A stretch of DNA of 64,000 nucleotides from Octopus vulgaris (Eukaryota). The notes under the pieces were generated by a model. It searched no databases, had not been told where the DNA came from, and saw only the letters and a program-made list of their open reading frames with translations. The position numbers were made by a program, and so were the translations under genes. Each line of letters starts with the position of its first letter. Positions within the stretch are counted from its first letter, which is position 1. Of the stretch, positions 29,050 through 43,624 are shown piece after piece. The DNA lies in contig OX597816.1 in the NCBI GenBank assembly GCA_951406725.2, forward strand, positions 54,250,001 through 54,314,000. The letters are read 5' to 3'.

Positions 29050-29479
29050 ACTGATTTAATCCTCTCTGGATTAAAAAACAAAAGGTTTTCACCCTTAACA
29101 ACTCCTAAACTTCTACAAAGTTCAGGTGAGACCTGCATTGGCATATTGCTTCAACATCTGGGATGGCACTGCTGCTCCACACGGTGACACCCCAGACTGA
29201 ATTGAAGATGAGAGCTCTTGAGTGATTGACATGAAATCACCGAAAAACACTCCAACTTCCACCCTCCTGCTGTGCTGTCTCTTCTCTCTGACAGTTCTGC
29301 CGTTACTGCAGTGGTCACTGTTCTTCGGAACGGACTGGTCTTCAGTCTCCTAAACTTTTCCACTCCGTTCATTTCTCATATTGCGTGTAGACCCCCACAT
29401 CCCACACTAACCACTGTTTCCGGTTCTTTATCTGGAAATCTCTCCCTGCATATAGTTCCCATGCACCAGTATATACGAT

Positions 29480-29480
<1 letters not shown>
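29050..29480 (+). mobile_element. CR1/Jockey-group LINE fragment
   Basis: FYKVQVRPALAYCFNIWDG motif at ~29110-29165. Confidence 0.6.
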
Positions 29481-29529
<49 letters not shown>

Positions 29530-29689
29530 AATATTAAATTTCTAAATATTTCAGAGAGATATAAGCAGTGGTGGAACGATAGAGCAGTTGTATACTGTCA
29601 ACTTAACGTGACAGTCCCATAAAGGGAATCACACCACCGCTATTTAGCCCTAGGAAGCACCAACGCTTCCTGTCGGCAAGTATGCTAAT

Positions 29690-30265
29690 GATAGAAAAGT
29701 ATCTTAGGCAACAAGAAACCCAGGAGATGATATTGCAAGCCTACAACGGCAAAACAATGCAATCTACAAGATGGATGAAAATTTATTGCTGGAAAATTTC
29801 AAGACCATTCCTCAGCCCACTCTCAGTACACAAACACTCCACAACTTTGATACACGGAATTTGTAGTGGTTGTAATTCCAGAGTCACATTCAGCACGTAC
29901 CCTAGGGATAAATATGAGTTATGAAATAACTTTACATGTACACCATTATCATGACAGCAATGGTGAGAGGAATGGATTTTTAGTTTATGCGATACAAGTG
30001 ATCCAACACTATACAAGAGAATTAAAACAAAACCCTGCTCCTTTTTTGGAGAAAAGTTATACTCAGGTGCCAAGACTCCATATCATTCCTTCTCCTTCAA
30101 AGAAACTGGGCAATCTACTCGGAATAGATGTTGATGCTTTGAAGAAACACCTGGATAAGCTATTCTCTGTGATTTCTGGCGAACAAATTTCACGGCAAGG
30201 AACGCAACTGAAGGCAGCGGCATCGAACTCCCTGGTTCACCAAAAAATTCAGTACAGTTGAAGCA
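29690..30265 (+). mobile_element. Degenerate CR1-like LINE 3' fragment
   Basis: PRL...KKLGNLLGIDVDALKKHLDKLFSVI...AAASNSLVHQ; related to the 20.6-21.1 kb fragment. Confidence 0.65.
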
Positions 30266-30343
30266 GTATCAGTTGTATACGATATACTCCAACATTACCA
30301 CAACTCTTGGGATGGCGCTTATAATAAAAGAATACCATAAAAA

Positions 30344-30420
<77 letters not shown>

Positions 30421-30421
<1 letters not shown>

Positions 30422-30715
30422 TCATTGACCGAGGTTACCGTGGTCTTTTCCGTAGGCTTTTCTTTCCATGGGTAAACCTCACCTGTCCTCCCCTTTACAC
30501 TTCATATTGACATTTCTGTGATAACGATCCCTATTATTCATTTTTTTTCACTCCCCCCTTTTTTTAACCCCTCCCCTTTTTTTGTCCTTTTTCTTTCCTT
30601 TTACGATCCCTTTTGATCGAAAACCACCACTCTCCTTTTTTTACCCCCAAAAGAAAAGCTCTACCTTGTAATTTGTTCTATCTGTGTGCAGCCCTGTGTG
30701 GCTAATAAAGAAACA
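30421..30715 (+). mobile_element. 5'-truncated 3' UTR copy of a Tx1-like LINE related to 1-3725, embedded in (TATC)n
   Basis: Shares CCGTGGTCTTTTCYGTAGGCTTTTCTT, CGATCCCTTTTGATCG, AAAAGAAAAGCTCT and CAGCCCTGTGTGGCTAATAAA with 3480-3725; (TATC)n at 30345-30420 and 30716-30900. Confidence 0.9.
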
Positions 30716-30774
<59 letters not shown>

Positions 30775-30778
30775 TTAT

Positions 30779-30900
<122 letters not shown>

Positions 30901-31230
30901 GGACATATTTGACCTGAAAAAAGGCCGTATTCACTGCCGTTTGTCCTTGAGAAAAGAAAAAAAAACTTGTCTTAGGCAACAAGTATTAAAAACAAAGTTA
31001 TTTCATAATATGTTATTTCATGTGTTGGGACGGTGAACGCATTTCTAGCTTCTGGCTATCATCAGCAACCTGAACTGCAAGAGGGACGACCATGAAATAA
31101 CTCTGGGAGTCTTCGTTTCCTCATAAAATAATTCAGTCACAACACGAACTGATTACGTTCGACGCTGGTCTCGGTTAGAACAGAATATCATCGTGAGCAT
31201 TTCAAAGTAGTGTTGCGAATAAACAAACAG

Positions 31231-31625
31231 GCGCAGGAGTGGCTGTGTGGTAAGTAGCTTGCTAACCAATCACATGGTTCCGGGTTCAGTCCCACTGCGT
31301 GGCATCTTGGGCAAGTGTCTTCTGCTATAGCCTCGGGCCGACCAAAGCCTTGTGAGTGGATTTGGTAGACGGAAACTGAAAGAAGCCTGTCGTATATATG
31401 TGTATATATATATGTATGTGTGTGTATATGTTTGTGTGTCTGTGTTTGTCCCTCTAGCATTGCTTGACAACCGATGCTGGTGTGTTTACGTCCCCGTCAC
31501 TTAGCGGTTCGGCAAAAGAGACTGGGTTGACAAAGAATAAGTCCCGGGGTCGATTTGCTCGACTAAAGGCGGTGCTCCAGCATGGCCGTAGTCAAATGAC
31601 TGAAACAAGTAAAAGAGAAAAGAGA
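31231..31625 (+). mobile_element. tRNA-derived SINE family A, full length
   Basis: A-box-like TGGCTGTGTGG, B-box-like GGTTCAGTCCC, CTTGGGCAAGTGTC, internal (TG/TA) tract, tail ACTGAAACAAGTAAAAGA; at least six copies in the window. Confidence 0.92.
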
Positions 31626-32333
31626 GAGTAAATATTTAAATGAGTCTATTTGAAACATATCTGACCAGAGAACCATCGATATGAATTGACTGTTGGCGCT
31701 TTTTTAGCATCCATTGCGTAAAGCAAGAATCTTATCGATGGCAAACAGCAGTGAACCTGACCTTTGTACAGGTCAGAGGTGTCATAAACATATTTGACTG
31801 ATCTAAATATGTGTGGATGTGTAAAAAGTATATATGTTTAAGAATGTATAAATATGTGTGTGTGAATCTCTGTGTATGTACAGTATATGAGATATTAATA
31901 TAATGATATTATTCCGCTTCAAATAATAACCAGAATTAAATGGTTTAACAAATTTTCTCCTCCAAAACAGTTGTTCACCTAATGACCTATTTATTTTTAT
32001 TATTCCAAATTTTGTAAATATTCTTTAAATGTTATTAAGTTTTCTTCTTTAACTCTGCTGTTATCTTCCCCCATCGCAACTCAGTCACATTTCTAGATAT
32101 CTAACACACTGCGGTGCTTTCTTAATGATTTATGGTAAAAGGTGGCTAAAAGAGGTAGAAGTACGACTTGCATTCCGACCTCTTAAAACCCTCACCAACA
32201 ACGAAAACCAAAACAGACCCTTGTGTTGGAGAGTTGTCGCCTGAGTGGTGCAAAGGTGTCATCCACCAGGGCTTATAGGAAATCGCCGACAAATGGTGGA
32301 GGCAGCGACGTGGTCTTACAGCGCAAGCTCCCG

Positions 32334-32750
<417 letters not shown>

Positions 32751-33530
32751 CACCTTAAAGGTTTTTGATTTTCTATAATGTGTGTGATTCTGTGAGAGAA
32801 TCAATAGTAAACTGACACCGAAAAAGTTGTTTATTCCAAAGAAAATTTAACAATAATTTTAGAAAAAATATTGAACTGTTTGAAGGAAATGGAGGACTGG
32901 CCTTTTCATTCTCTAGGAACGACTACAAATTCTTCCTTTGAAATTTACCATCAAATATTTCACCAAGCCCTTAACAGAATTTGTTAGGAAACTTAGCTTC
33001 ATCAGTTTTAATTACTAATATTTAACGTAATATGTTATTTGATTTTTTCTATGCTGTTTTATTTTATTTTTTATTCTAACAGAGAAAGAAGGGCAACCCT
33101 ATGCTGCAACGGACCATTTTTATATCAGGGCCTCTGTGACTGATGGAAACATAGGAGTAATTTATCGTTAGATAACAAGATCCCAATGCCTCAAACTAAA
33201 ACACGCAAGGGTCAGGTGGTAATGGTCGTTGAGGTGTTAAACTGGACGATGGGTAAAATGGGTAAAGTCACCCAACCAAGAAGAAGAACAGTCTCTTCGA
33301 GAAAATTCTTCACGGTTTGCACCTTCAACATTCCGATGATGAGGGGGTGGGTGACCTTCAGCTATAGTAGAAGATATCTGCTGGCAAATAGGATTGAACT
33401 CGGATCCTCAATGTTCCCAAAAGAATTCTTAACAATTGGCTGCAACTAATTTACATAAAGGATTATTATAGTTTTAGTTTCTATCCACCAATCTCTTGAC
33501 TTTTTTATGTTTCTGGTCCTAAATTATAAT

Positions 33531-33930
33531 TCTATTGTCGACAGGGGGCTAAACATAGCGTACAAACAAGGACAGACAAAAGGATTAAGTTGATTACATC
33601 TACCCCAGTGCATAACTGGTACTTATTTGGTCGACCCCGAAAGGATGAAAGGCAAAGTCGAACTTGGCGGAATTTGAACTCACAACGTAGCGGCAGACCC
33701 ATTTCTTTACTACCCACAAGGGGCTAAACACAGAGAGGACAAACAAGGACAGACAAACGGATTAAGTCGATTATATCGACCCCAGTGCGCAACTGGTACT
33801 TATTTAATCGACCCCGAAAGGATGAAAGGCAAAGTCGACCTCGGCGGAATTTGAACTCAGGACGTAGCGGCAGACGAAATATCGCTAAGCATTTCGCCCG
33901 ACGTGCTAACGTTTCTGCCAGCTCGCCACC
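33531..33930 (-). mobile_element. SINE family B, dimeric form
   Basis: Same layout as 16540-16960. Confidence 0.9.
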
Positions 33931-35234
33931 CTCATTATTGTTTATAATCCATGAACAGAATATAAACGACCAGCTGATGTCGCTGTTTGTCGAAAAGTTC
34001 ATTTTACTATTACATTGCTCAAAGTTCAATTCGCCAATATGATACCTTCGAGTTGATTAAGATCATGTCAGGGAAACTGTGGTACACTGGCCCTGAAAAT
34101 AATGTTCTTCCACCAATGATAGGGGCCTTGAAAAAAGGAGGTGAGTACTGTCCCTTTTTTCTCTCATATAAATCATTATAATGTTTATATTAAAATCATT
34201 AAATATATTTAAAGATTTAATTAACTCATTATATAGGCGGGGTGAAACCTAATTATACCCAACTGAAGTTTCTAACAAACATCAAGATGAAGTGTGCGCT
34301 TGAGTGGTTGAGAGTATGAGTGAGTGTGTGTGTGTGTCTGTGACACACCTTTAACAATTCTCTTGTTATAACAGGGAGATAAAAAGACGAAGTATTAAGA
34401 GTAAATTTTGCTGTGAAATTAGTTGCTTAAAAATAATTCGTCCAACACACACGCACACACACCACACACACATACACACACACTAAATTAATACAACACT
34501 GGAAAAATAATCCGGGAAGCTCGGGAACGGAAAGTCCTGCATCTCTGGATTTATTGGTTTTCTGGGGACAGTTTAAATATACACTTAAAATGCAAGATAA
34601 AATATGAAAAAACTTAAAGATTGATTGTATTAGAGATTCATACACTTCTCAAGTAGGGTTTGTTTGATAGATGTTAAATCTACTTAAATATCATATTGTA
34701 TTATGTATACAGTGTAATGTTCATAGGAACGAAGGAAAGTAAAGAAAGAAGAAATGTAAAGAAAAGGAAGAAAAAATAAAGAAAACGAAGAAGAGTAAAG
34801 AACATGATTTTATTGAACAGCTACAAATATAAACTAATACGCTTCTAAAGCAGATAATGTTTATCTAAATCCTCTTTTTAAAGTAAAGAAGAAAACTATT
34901 TTTAACACAACGTATGTAAATTAGGCAACTTCTGAAACAGGGTCTATTTATACAGAGTACAGAGTACAGGATATTACATGATATAGCACAGTATTTCCGG
35001 ATTTCTGGAAGCTGGAAAAGAGGTGTGGGAGTGTGTAACCCTACACTTACTATTTCTTATTTGAAGCCAAGAAAGTAAAGAGGACAAGAATCAAAACACA
35101 AAGACCGAGTAATCGTAGATGTGGTGGAAGAAAGGCATATCTGCCGTACAGATATTTTAATACTCCTTTTGAATGCTCGTTACCCACCCATCTATCCATC
35201 CATCCATCCATCTATTTATCCACCTTTCTCTCTA

Positions 35235-35314
<80 letters not shown>

Positions 35315-35315
<1 letters not shown>

Positions 35316-35716
35316 TCTTTATTCTTTACTCTTTTACTTGTTTCAGTCATTTGACTGCGGCCATGCTGGAGCACCGCCTTTAAATGAGCAACTCGACCCC
35401 GGTACTTATTCTTTTGTAAGCCCAGTACTTATTCTATCGGTCTCTTTTGCCGAACCGCTAGGTTACGGGGACATAAACACACCAACATCGGTTGTCAAAC
35501 AATGCTAGGGGGACAAACACAGACACACAAACACACACACACATATATATATACATATATACGACGGGCTTCTTTCAGTTTCCGTCTACCAAATCCACTC
35601 ACAAGGCTTTGGTCGGCCCGAGGCTATAGTAGAAGTCACTTGCCCAAGGTGCCACGCAGTGGGACTGAACCCGGAACCATGTGGTTGGTAAACAAGCTAC
35701 TTACCACACAGCCACT
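35315..35716 (-). mobile_element. SINE family A
   Basis: Reverse complement of 31231-31625. Confidence 0.92.
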
Positions 35717-35797
35717 CTTATATATAGAAATTGACTTAATGAGATTAAAAAAAAACCCAAAGCAGTAAATAGATTTCATAACATTTATTAAGGGAAG

Positions 35798-35845
35798 GTC
35801 TTACAGCTGTTTCCGGAATATTTTATATATCCCTTCATCAGAGAC
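35798..35845 (-). ncRNA. Minimal type I hammerhead ribozyme motif (canonical core)
   Basis: GUCU-CUGAUGA-A-GGGAUAU(AUAAA)AUAUUCC-G-GAAA-CAGCUG-UA-AGAC; palindromic stem III ACAGCUGU. Confidence 0.85.
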
Positions 35846-36774
35846 GGTTCGAGAAAATGTTTGAGTATTAATTATTGTTGAGAAGATAGGGAAGTAAGAG
35901 AATGAATATAGAAGTGAGATACATAAGGATATTGCTTTCGCAGTTCCATTATTGAAGTAGAATGGTGTATATAAGTGGTGAAAAGAAATTTCGTTGAAGA
36001 AATTTTCTTGTATCTGGTGTGTGAATCACGATGGTAGTTATATTTGGTCAATCCAAGCATAGAGCCTTGTAAACAGTTTTGGTCGATTGAGGTTTTTTTT
36101 GGTGTGAATTAAAATGTGTTGGTAGTGTTAATGGACAGATAGAGGGAGAAGAGATGCGTATGATTAGAAAGTGGAGATAGATAAAATCAAAAACAGGAAG
36201 GGAGAATGGGAGGAAAAAGAGAAGCAAAAGGGAGGCAGGCAAAAAAGAAATGAAGAGAGAGGGTATGTTAGCTAGTGGTCAGAATAAAGTGATAGGAGGA
36301 AGGGAGAGGTTGGTGGAGAGAGAGAAAGAGATGAGAGGGTAAGAACTAAAAGGGTGAGATATGTGAGCAGGGGTGGTAAACGTTAAGTGCTATGGATAGA
36401 TCATGGTTAAGCTCTAGGCTCGATAATGATATGAGTGAGAAATCCTACGTAAGTCTTGTATTAGCGTGCTTATATATAAAGTTTTTGAAATTGTTTCGGA
36501 TCTAAACTTTTGTGCCGAAACTCATTTCGGTTCCTAAAAGAATTTCTTCTCAGGTTAAATAGTTTCTCTTCTTCTTCTTCTCCTCCCCCTCCCCTCCTCC
36601 TCCTCCTCCTCCTTCTCCTCCTCCTCCTTCTTCTTCTTCTTCTTCTTCTTCTTCTTCTTCTTCTTCTTCTTCTTCTTCTTCTTCTTCTTCTAAACCCTCG
36701 CATTTTAGAATTATTTAATACTTAATACAAAGTAGTAACAAGTTTCAAAGTAGCTGTCCCTGAATGTTCTCTCT

Positions 36775-37112
36775 TTTTATTCTTTTACTTGTTTCAGTCA
36801 TTATACTGTGGCCATGCTGGAGCACCGCCTTGAACAATTTTTAGTTGAATGAATCGACCCCAGGACTTTTATTTGTTAAGCCTAATATTTACCCTATTGG
36901 TCATTTTTGCCGAAGCCACAAAGCCCTTCCCCCCTACATACACACACACACACACACGACTGGCTTTTTTCAGTTTCCGTCCAACAAATCCAATCACAAG
37001 GTTTTGGTCGGCCCGAGGCTATAGTAGAAGACATTTGTCCATGGTGCCACGCAATGGGACTGAACCCGGAACCATGTGGTTAGGAAGCAAGCTTCTTACC
37101 ACGCAGTGACGC
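36775..37112 (-). mobile_element. SINE family A (diverged)
   Basis: Similarity to 31231-31625. Confidence 0.85.
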
Positions 37113-38046
37113 CTTTGTAAAGACTATTCACTTCCATTGCTTGTCTGATCACTACGATTCCCTACAGTTTTTTTTTATTAGTTTCCTGTCTTAAAAACTA
37201 TATCAGGTTGAGTTTGTGTTTACTCAAAAGTTTGATGTGCTTGCTTTAATGAAATATAGAAATCTATAGAACATCACAAACATTTAGAATTAACGCAAAC
37301 GCCTTTTCATAATTGAACCATTCTATCTAAAGGTTTCTGCTCTGCTTTGTCTCTTTGGACAGTAAAGCTTTATTAATTAAAACATGTTTGGCACGTAGTC
37401 ACACTGTGTTCTTTCAGCAGTAATTACTAAGAGGACACTCAATGAGCATAAAGGAAACGATATAAACAGCTTTTGTAAAGTTTGTATAAATTGTTTACAT
37501 AAGAAATAACACTGGAAATTTTCTGCCAATTCAATGTTTCTTTATTTGGTTACAAGATTTATCTGTGCTATAGCAAGTCAGTTTGTGATGTTAATATGGC
37601 CTACCATAGTTTTTTATGGAATACAAATAAATGGTCCCTGTAGAATGTTAATAGCTTGTAACATTGCAAGCCTCTTCTTGGTTGTTTCGTGCAGTTTTGG
37701 CGAGTGAGGTTTTACTGTTGTTGGATAAAGTATTGATGTCGGTACAATATTGATACAATATTGATGTAATAAACATATTATCTTTACCGATATCTATAAT
37801 AACATGACAATGAACATGACAATGATTCCAGCCTGGTAAAATATTCTCTTATCTAAAAACAAAATCAAGAATTTGAAAAATCTTTCCTCAAATTATATAC
37901 AACTCATTAAGTTTTATATATTCTACGCTCACTTTTATCTGACAGATTTTATGCACAAGTATAGTAATGTTGAGTGGTGGTGATGTTGGTGGTGATGTCG
38001 GGGAATCATTTGATTGAAATAAATAGATCCATTTTCTTTTTTGCCT

Positions 38047-38095
<49 letters not shown>

Positions 38096-38182
38096 AGAGT
38101 AGATCGTATACGAGTGGGTATATATTTGTAAAAGAGAAGTTTGAAAACACCACTATATTAGATAAATTTTAATTTTCTTATG

Positions 38183-38230
38183 AATTTTACATGTTTCGGT
38201 TCTTGAAAAAACCAACCTTATCAAAAATAT
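38183..38230 (-). ncRNA. Minimal hammerhead motif, U3:A8 variant
   Basis: AUUU-UUGAUAA-GGUU...AACC-GAAA-CAUG-UA-AAAU; lies in a ~250-bp segment between two (TA)n tracts. Confidence 0.7.
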
Positions 38231-38344
38231 TATAAAAAGTAAAGTGTATTAGAAAAGTTCATAATTGTTTCTTACTGGCCTCAATAGAATCCATGTGGTG
38301 GAGTTTTGTCGGTAGGAGGTATAATATATATATATATATTTATA

Positions 38345-38510
38345 TACGACGGGCTTCTTTCAGTTTCCGTTTACCAAATCCACTCACAAGGCTTTGGTCG
38401 ACTCGAGGCTATAGTAGACGACACTTGCCCAAGGTGCCACGCAGTGGGGCTGAACCCGGAACCATGTGGCTAGTAAGCTAGCTACTTACCACATAGTCAC
38501 TCCTGCGCCT
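38345..38510 (-). mobile_element. SINE family A, 5' half
   Basis: Similarity to 31231-31395. Confidence 0.88.
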
Positions 38511-38645
38511 ATAGCTATAAAGAAAGAATAGAATGGTACCGTAGGATGCAGGTAGAAAGCTTCCTACACATGCATGACTCCAGGAGCTCCAACAAAACCT
38601 GTGATAAAGAGAAATAATAATAATGATGATAACAATAATAATAAT

Positions 38646-39006
38646 ATACCAGGCAGTGGCTCTCATGGCTTCACAGCTTAACTGATTGGAAGTGTTATCA
38701 TGTACATTGTTTTATCTTGGTATAAAAGATGAGCTACAGCAAATATTCTGCTGAATACCACAGATTTGCTTGTCAGTTGTTTGACCGTAACCAGTTGAGC
38801 ATGTCCCTTGGTGGCTGACGATATGTGCATCTCTGATCACAAACAGAAGCAGTGGGAGAGCATCATAGCTGTGTGTTGAAAGAATTATTAGAGGTTTGGA
38901 TAATTTACCTTTGGAAACATGGGTGGTTCGTTCAACATCCTTAAACAAACCTTATTCAGAGACCTTTTGATCGGGATGGGTTACTCGACCAGAAGAAAAT
39001 TCTAAC
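38646..39006 (+). repeat. Unclassified (AAT)n-anchored interspersed repeat (partial)
   Basis: Reverse complement of 47525-47885. Confidence 0.85.
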
Positions 39007-39099
39007 AGTGATGCTGATAAAAGTCAACTTTCTGGTGTAAGATATGGAGTAAGCAAGAACAACATAATACTACTGGTGAATGGCTCTGCAGCTTGAAGC

Positions 39100-40723
39100 A
39101 TACAGCTTCTTATCCCCAGCAAGAGGCTATCCACTTCACAGATGACAGTATCAGAAATATGAGTATAAAAGATGAGCAATTGGAAAGCTGCAGGACTTGA
39201 TGGTGTGCAGGGATTAGGGATAAAAACGTTCAGTAGTTGCCATAATTTGATCGTAGAACAATTCAATGCATTGATCAATGGAGAAGAAGAAATCACCGGC
39301 TGGTTGACAAAAGGACGAACGGTGTTGCGCCTAAAAGATGCATCAAAAGGAAATGTTGCTGATAATTACAGACTAATTTCCTGCCCCCACCCCGTTAATG
39401 TGGATGTTACTGTCAGGAAGAATTGCAGAAGAAATGTACAAATTTCTTGATGAGAAAGATATATTATCTATTTCTTTATTACCCACAAGGGGCTAAACAT
39501 AGAGGGAACAAACAAGGACAGACATAGGTATTAAGTCGATTACATCGACCCCAGTGCGTAACTGGTACTTAATTTATCGACCCGGAAAGGATGAAAGGCA
39601 AAGTCGACCTCGGCGGAATTTGGACTCACAATGTAGCGACAGACGAAATACCGCTAAGCATTTCGCCCGGCGTGCTAACGTTTCCGATGAGAAAGATATA
39701 TTATCGACGGGACAAAAAGGGTGTAGAAGGAGATGCAGAGGTACCAAAGATCAATTATTGATAGACAAAATGGTAATGCAAGATTGTAAATGAAGGAGTA
39801 CAAGTCTGGGAATGGCCTGGATCGAATATCGCAAAGCTTATAGTATGATTCCACATTCGTGGATCATCGAGTGCTTAGATCTGTTTGGAATTGCGAGGAA
39901 CGTAACGTGTTTCCTGAAGAGAAGTATGGTGGGATGGAAAACTGGACTAACATCTTATGGAAAAAGCTTGGGCACCCTGGGTATCAGAAGAGGGATTTTC
40001 CAGGGTGATAGCCTATCGCCGTTGCTTTTTGTTCTCTGCATGGTACCCCTGACTTTGGTACTTAGGAAAATGAACCTGGGGTACCAACTAAAGGGAAAAT
40101 TTCAAACAAACAGCCAATTACTCTTCATGGATGATTTGAAACTCTATGGCAAGGATGAGACACGAGTGAGTTCCTTGGTGAACACGGTCTACTGTTTTAA
40201 TACTTATATTAGAATGGAATTTGGACTCAAGAAATGCGGAGTAATCTACCCAAAAAGTGCAGTCACTAGCAGGGATAGAATTACTGAGTAGAAACTTGAT
40301 TCAGCAAATTCAAACGGAAGGATACAAATACTTTGGTGTTCTAGAGTTCAACGAGATAATGGAGCAGGACATGAAAGCGCAACTGAGGATGAAGTATTTC
40401 CGAAGACTGAGGTTGATGTTGGGCTCAAAATTGACTGAGCGGAATAAAATTCGGTATGGAGCGGGAATTATAAAATGGCAAAAGGGAGAAGCGATGAAAA
40501 TGGATACCAAGCCTTCCACCCTAAGAGTGACACCGATAGGCTGTACTTGTCCAGAAGAAAGGGTGGGAGAGATTTGATCAGTTGCCAGGATTGTATCGAA
40601 GCAGAGAAAAAAAGATTAGCGTGGTATATAAGAAATGTCGCAGAGCCATTGTTAAGACATACGAAGGCCGAAATCATCAAAAACGAAAATTGTCTAAAGA
40701 AAGAAAAACTTAAACAAGAAATG

Positions 40724-40757
<34 letters not shown>

Positions 40758-40890
40758 AAAAAAGCATGGAAGGAAAAAAAATGTACGATCAGTTTGCAAG
40801 AGATGTGAACGCGAAGACAGATATAGAGAACCAGTGGCTATGGATGAGGAAGAGTGACCTGAAGATAGAAACGGAAGCACTCATGTCACA
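39100..40890 (+). mobile_element. R4/Dong-like RT fragment, degenerate
   Basis: [98 protein letters not shown]. Confidence 0.92.
39469..39685 (-). mobile_element. SINE family B nested in the R4/Dong fragment, with a 20-bp target-site duplication
   Basis: GATGAGAAAGATATATTATC at 39449-39468 and 39686-39705. Confidence 0.95.
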
Positions 40891-42504
40891 AAGATATTAG
40901 AATGATACTAATGTGGTACTAATATCAGAATGTCAAGCAGTTGTGTTTGCAAAAATCTCACCTACAAATATAACGAGACTTTGAGATATAGTAAAACACT
41001 GGGATATCACGAAATTTTAAAACAAGACTGACAAATGGAGAGACTCTGAAGAGTAGTGAGATAGAGTGAAACTGCGAAAAATAGTGAGAATTTGAAATAC
41101 TGCGAAACGGATAAATAGCGTGACGTCAATAATGGCTCCAACTTTAAGAAAAATGTTTATTCCAAGCTCCCTCCACCCCGATAATACTTTTATACAGTTT
41201 ACATTATAATTCGATCTCATTGAAATCCCTTAAATTAATCCCCCCCCCCGCCATCACAATACTTCTCAGGGGATGTCGCTATTGTTTGTAGATATCTTTT
41301 GGACTAAATTTAGCCTAGAATTTGCAACGTTTTTTTTCCCTTCGCAAGATAATTACGTGTACGTTTGATGCCATCTTCATTGCGGTAAGAAACTTTGGAA
41401 ATGGTGGATACTGAAAAAAAAAACCATACACACACCGTCTCCCCCACATCACTAACAAAAGAATAAATCTTCAGGGTAAGCTACCGAATTTTGCAGACGT
41501 ATAATGCCTGCTATTCGAATTCAGTAAAAGAGTCGATGAAGTTCAAAGAACACACGCAATATTTGATATTCGCCATTTGTGAATGATTGCTGACAACATT
41601 ACACTCATTGTTGTTCTCTCGAGAATGGAATTTTCTTCTGTTTTTTCAGTCTCCTTTTCGTTTTGTATAAAACCTGATCATTGAATTTATAACCTCGTCG
41701 GCCGCTTAGTTCAGAAGATTAAAATATAGAACAAAGAGCTATGGAATATATGGGGGTTGGGGGGGATGAGGGAGAGGAATCTAAATTTCAAAATAATATT
41801 GAAATATTTTGCCTATTATACGAGAAGTTAATAGCGATCGTTTACCGTATTTTACTGGTCTTCATTTCAGAGACATTTGCCGAGCCATCGCAAAATAATG
41901 CATAAATTACCATACCATAGCATAATTTCTGAATATTATGCTTTATACTGATACAATAACTCTCATTTATAGGTTAGAGAAAATGGATGATGTGACGTTC
42001 ATATCGTTTGTTTTTATTCGCATTATCGGTGTCATGACTTCAATGGAGAATTATAAATGGGTTTTGGATTGTTTAATGCTCAGCCCATAATCATTTAAAT
42101 ATGATTTTAGTACAATCCACACACATGATGTGCGTGTGACAACAAGACGTAGATTTCCTCGCTGTTGTTACTCAAACCTTTCGTAGATCTCGTTGCGATT
42201 AAGATGTAGCAAAGGCACTTTAGAATATGGTTATGATACTAGTTTAGAAGTAGTTAAATGTCTCTTTCCGAAACACCACAATTATATGTAACACGCATTT
42301 TTCAACAATTTAAAGCAATAAAAAAGTGCAAATTAGATTTATGATGTGCACTCTTTTGTTACGTGATTTCCGATTCAACCTGTTTTTTTGCCGAAAATTT
42401 ATTTAATTTTCATTAGAATACCAGAGAAATTTCACTGCTTGAAATGATAATAAGGTATATATTAAGTCACAGAATTCAGTTATATGTCACGTGTGACGTC
42501 AGTA

Positions 42505-43600
42505 ATATTTTTTCAGCTTTTGAAGTATGGCCAAAAGCCATGAATCCCATTTGATCCGGGGTCTTCCCAGTTAGGCACTTTACCCACTTGGTCTTTCACG
42601 TCAACCATGCTTATGACAATATTCCTTTATTTCTTTCCTCCTTGTAATTCTGTCTCGATAGTTCCTATCCACATTGCATCTCTTTTATGCACCACATTGT
42701 TTCCCTATAATCCCCTCCAGAACTCCTTGGCTTGATTTGCATCAGGAGCAACATTTCCCCCATTGTCTCCTTCTAACCTTCGGAAGAATTGTTTCGGGTT
42801 ATATTTGAACAATCTGTTCTCGAACTGCTTATTTCTGTTCACAAATCGTCTGATCTTCCGGCTTTTTGCCATGATCTCTGTTTTAACTGCTCTATTACTG
42901 CATCAAACCCGTTCTTCCGTGTTTAATATTTCTTCTCTAGTTTTTCTCGGTTGGTCTTTTCCCCATTTTTCTAGATCTTGCCTTGCCTTTTCAATGCGTC
43001 GTTTCCACCTTGGTTCTTTTGCTCCACCATTTTATGTTCCCTTAAGCTGTAGTTTCTCCTCAACAAGTAGCGCAATAGCTCGGAGAAGATTCTTTGTTTG
43101 TATTATATCCTCCGTTTGGATGCATGGTATGGCAGTATTTATCTTTTGTGTTACTTTATTTATCATACTCCTATCTACCCTTCCCATATTCATGGGGATT
43201 TTTTCTTCTGGAGCATTCATCAAGTCGGTGAGTCGTTTTTGAATTTCAAACAATTCATTATCTAGTTGGTTCATTTCCCTTGCATGTCCGCCCACCACAG
43301 TATCAGGGTTCACTGTATAACTTTCCTGTTCCTCATCCTTAACATCCCCGTCACCATTCCCCTCTTCCTCCTGTCTACTCTTCTTGTTTTCACCTCCTAC
43401 CTCTCTGTTTTCAATTCCGACCATCATTTGAGGATCTCGCAGTCTCTCACTAATCCGAGATATTTCTACTCCAGTTAAATAAACCTCCCTCCTAATCACT
43501 CTCACTTGGTTCATAAGTTTATTTCCTGACATTGGACACATGTCCTTTTCCATCCATGGGTAAGGGCTTTGTCAACATCAGCATTATTCGCTCTCTTTGG
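42505..43600 (-). mobile_element. R4/Dong-like N-terminal region up to the start of RT
   Basis: NKLMNQVRVI, PRWKRRIEK, NRLFKYNPKQFFRRLEG, EFWRGL, PNWEDPGSNGIHGFW on the minus strand. Confidence 0.75.
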
Positions 43601-43624
43601 GGTTATTATTATTATTACTACTCC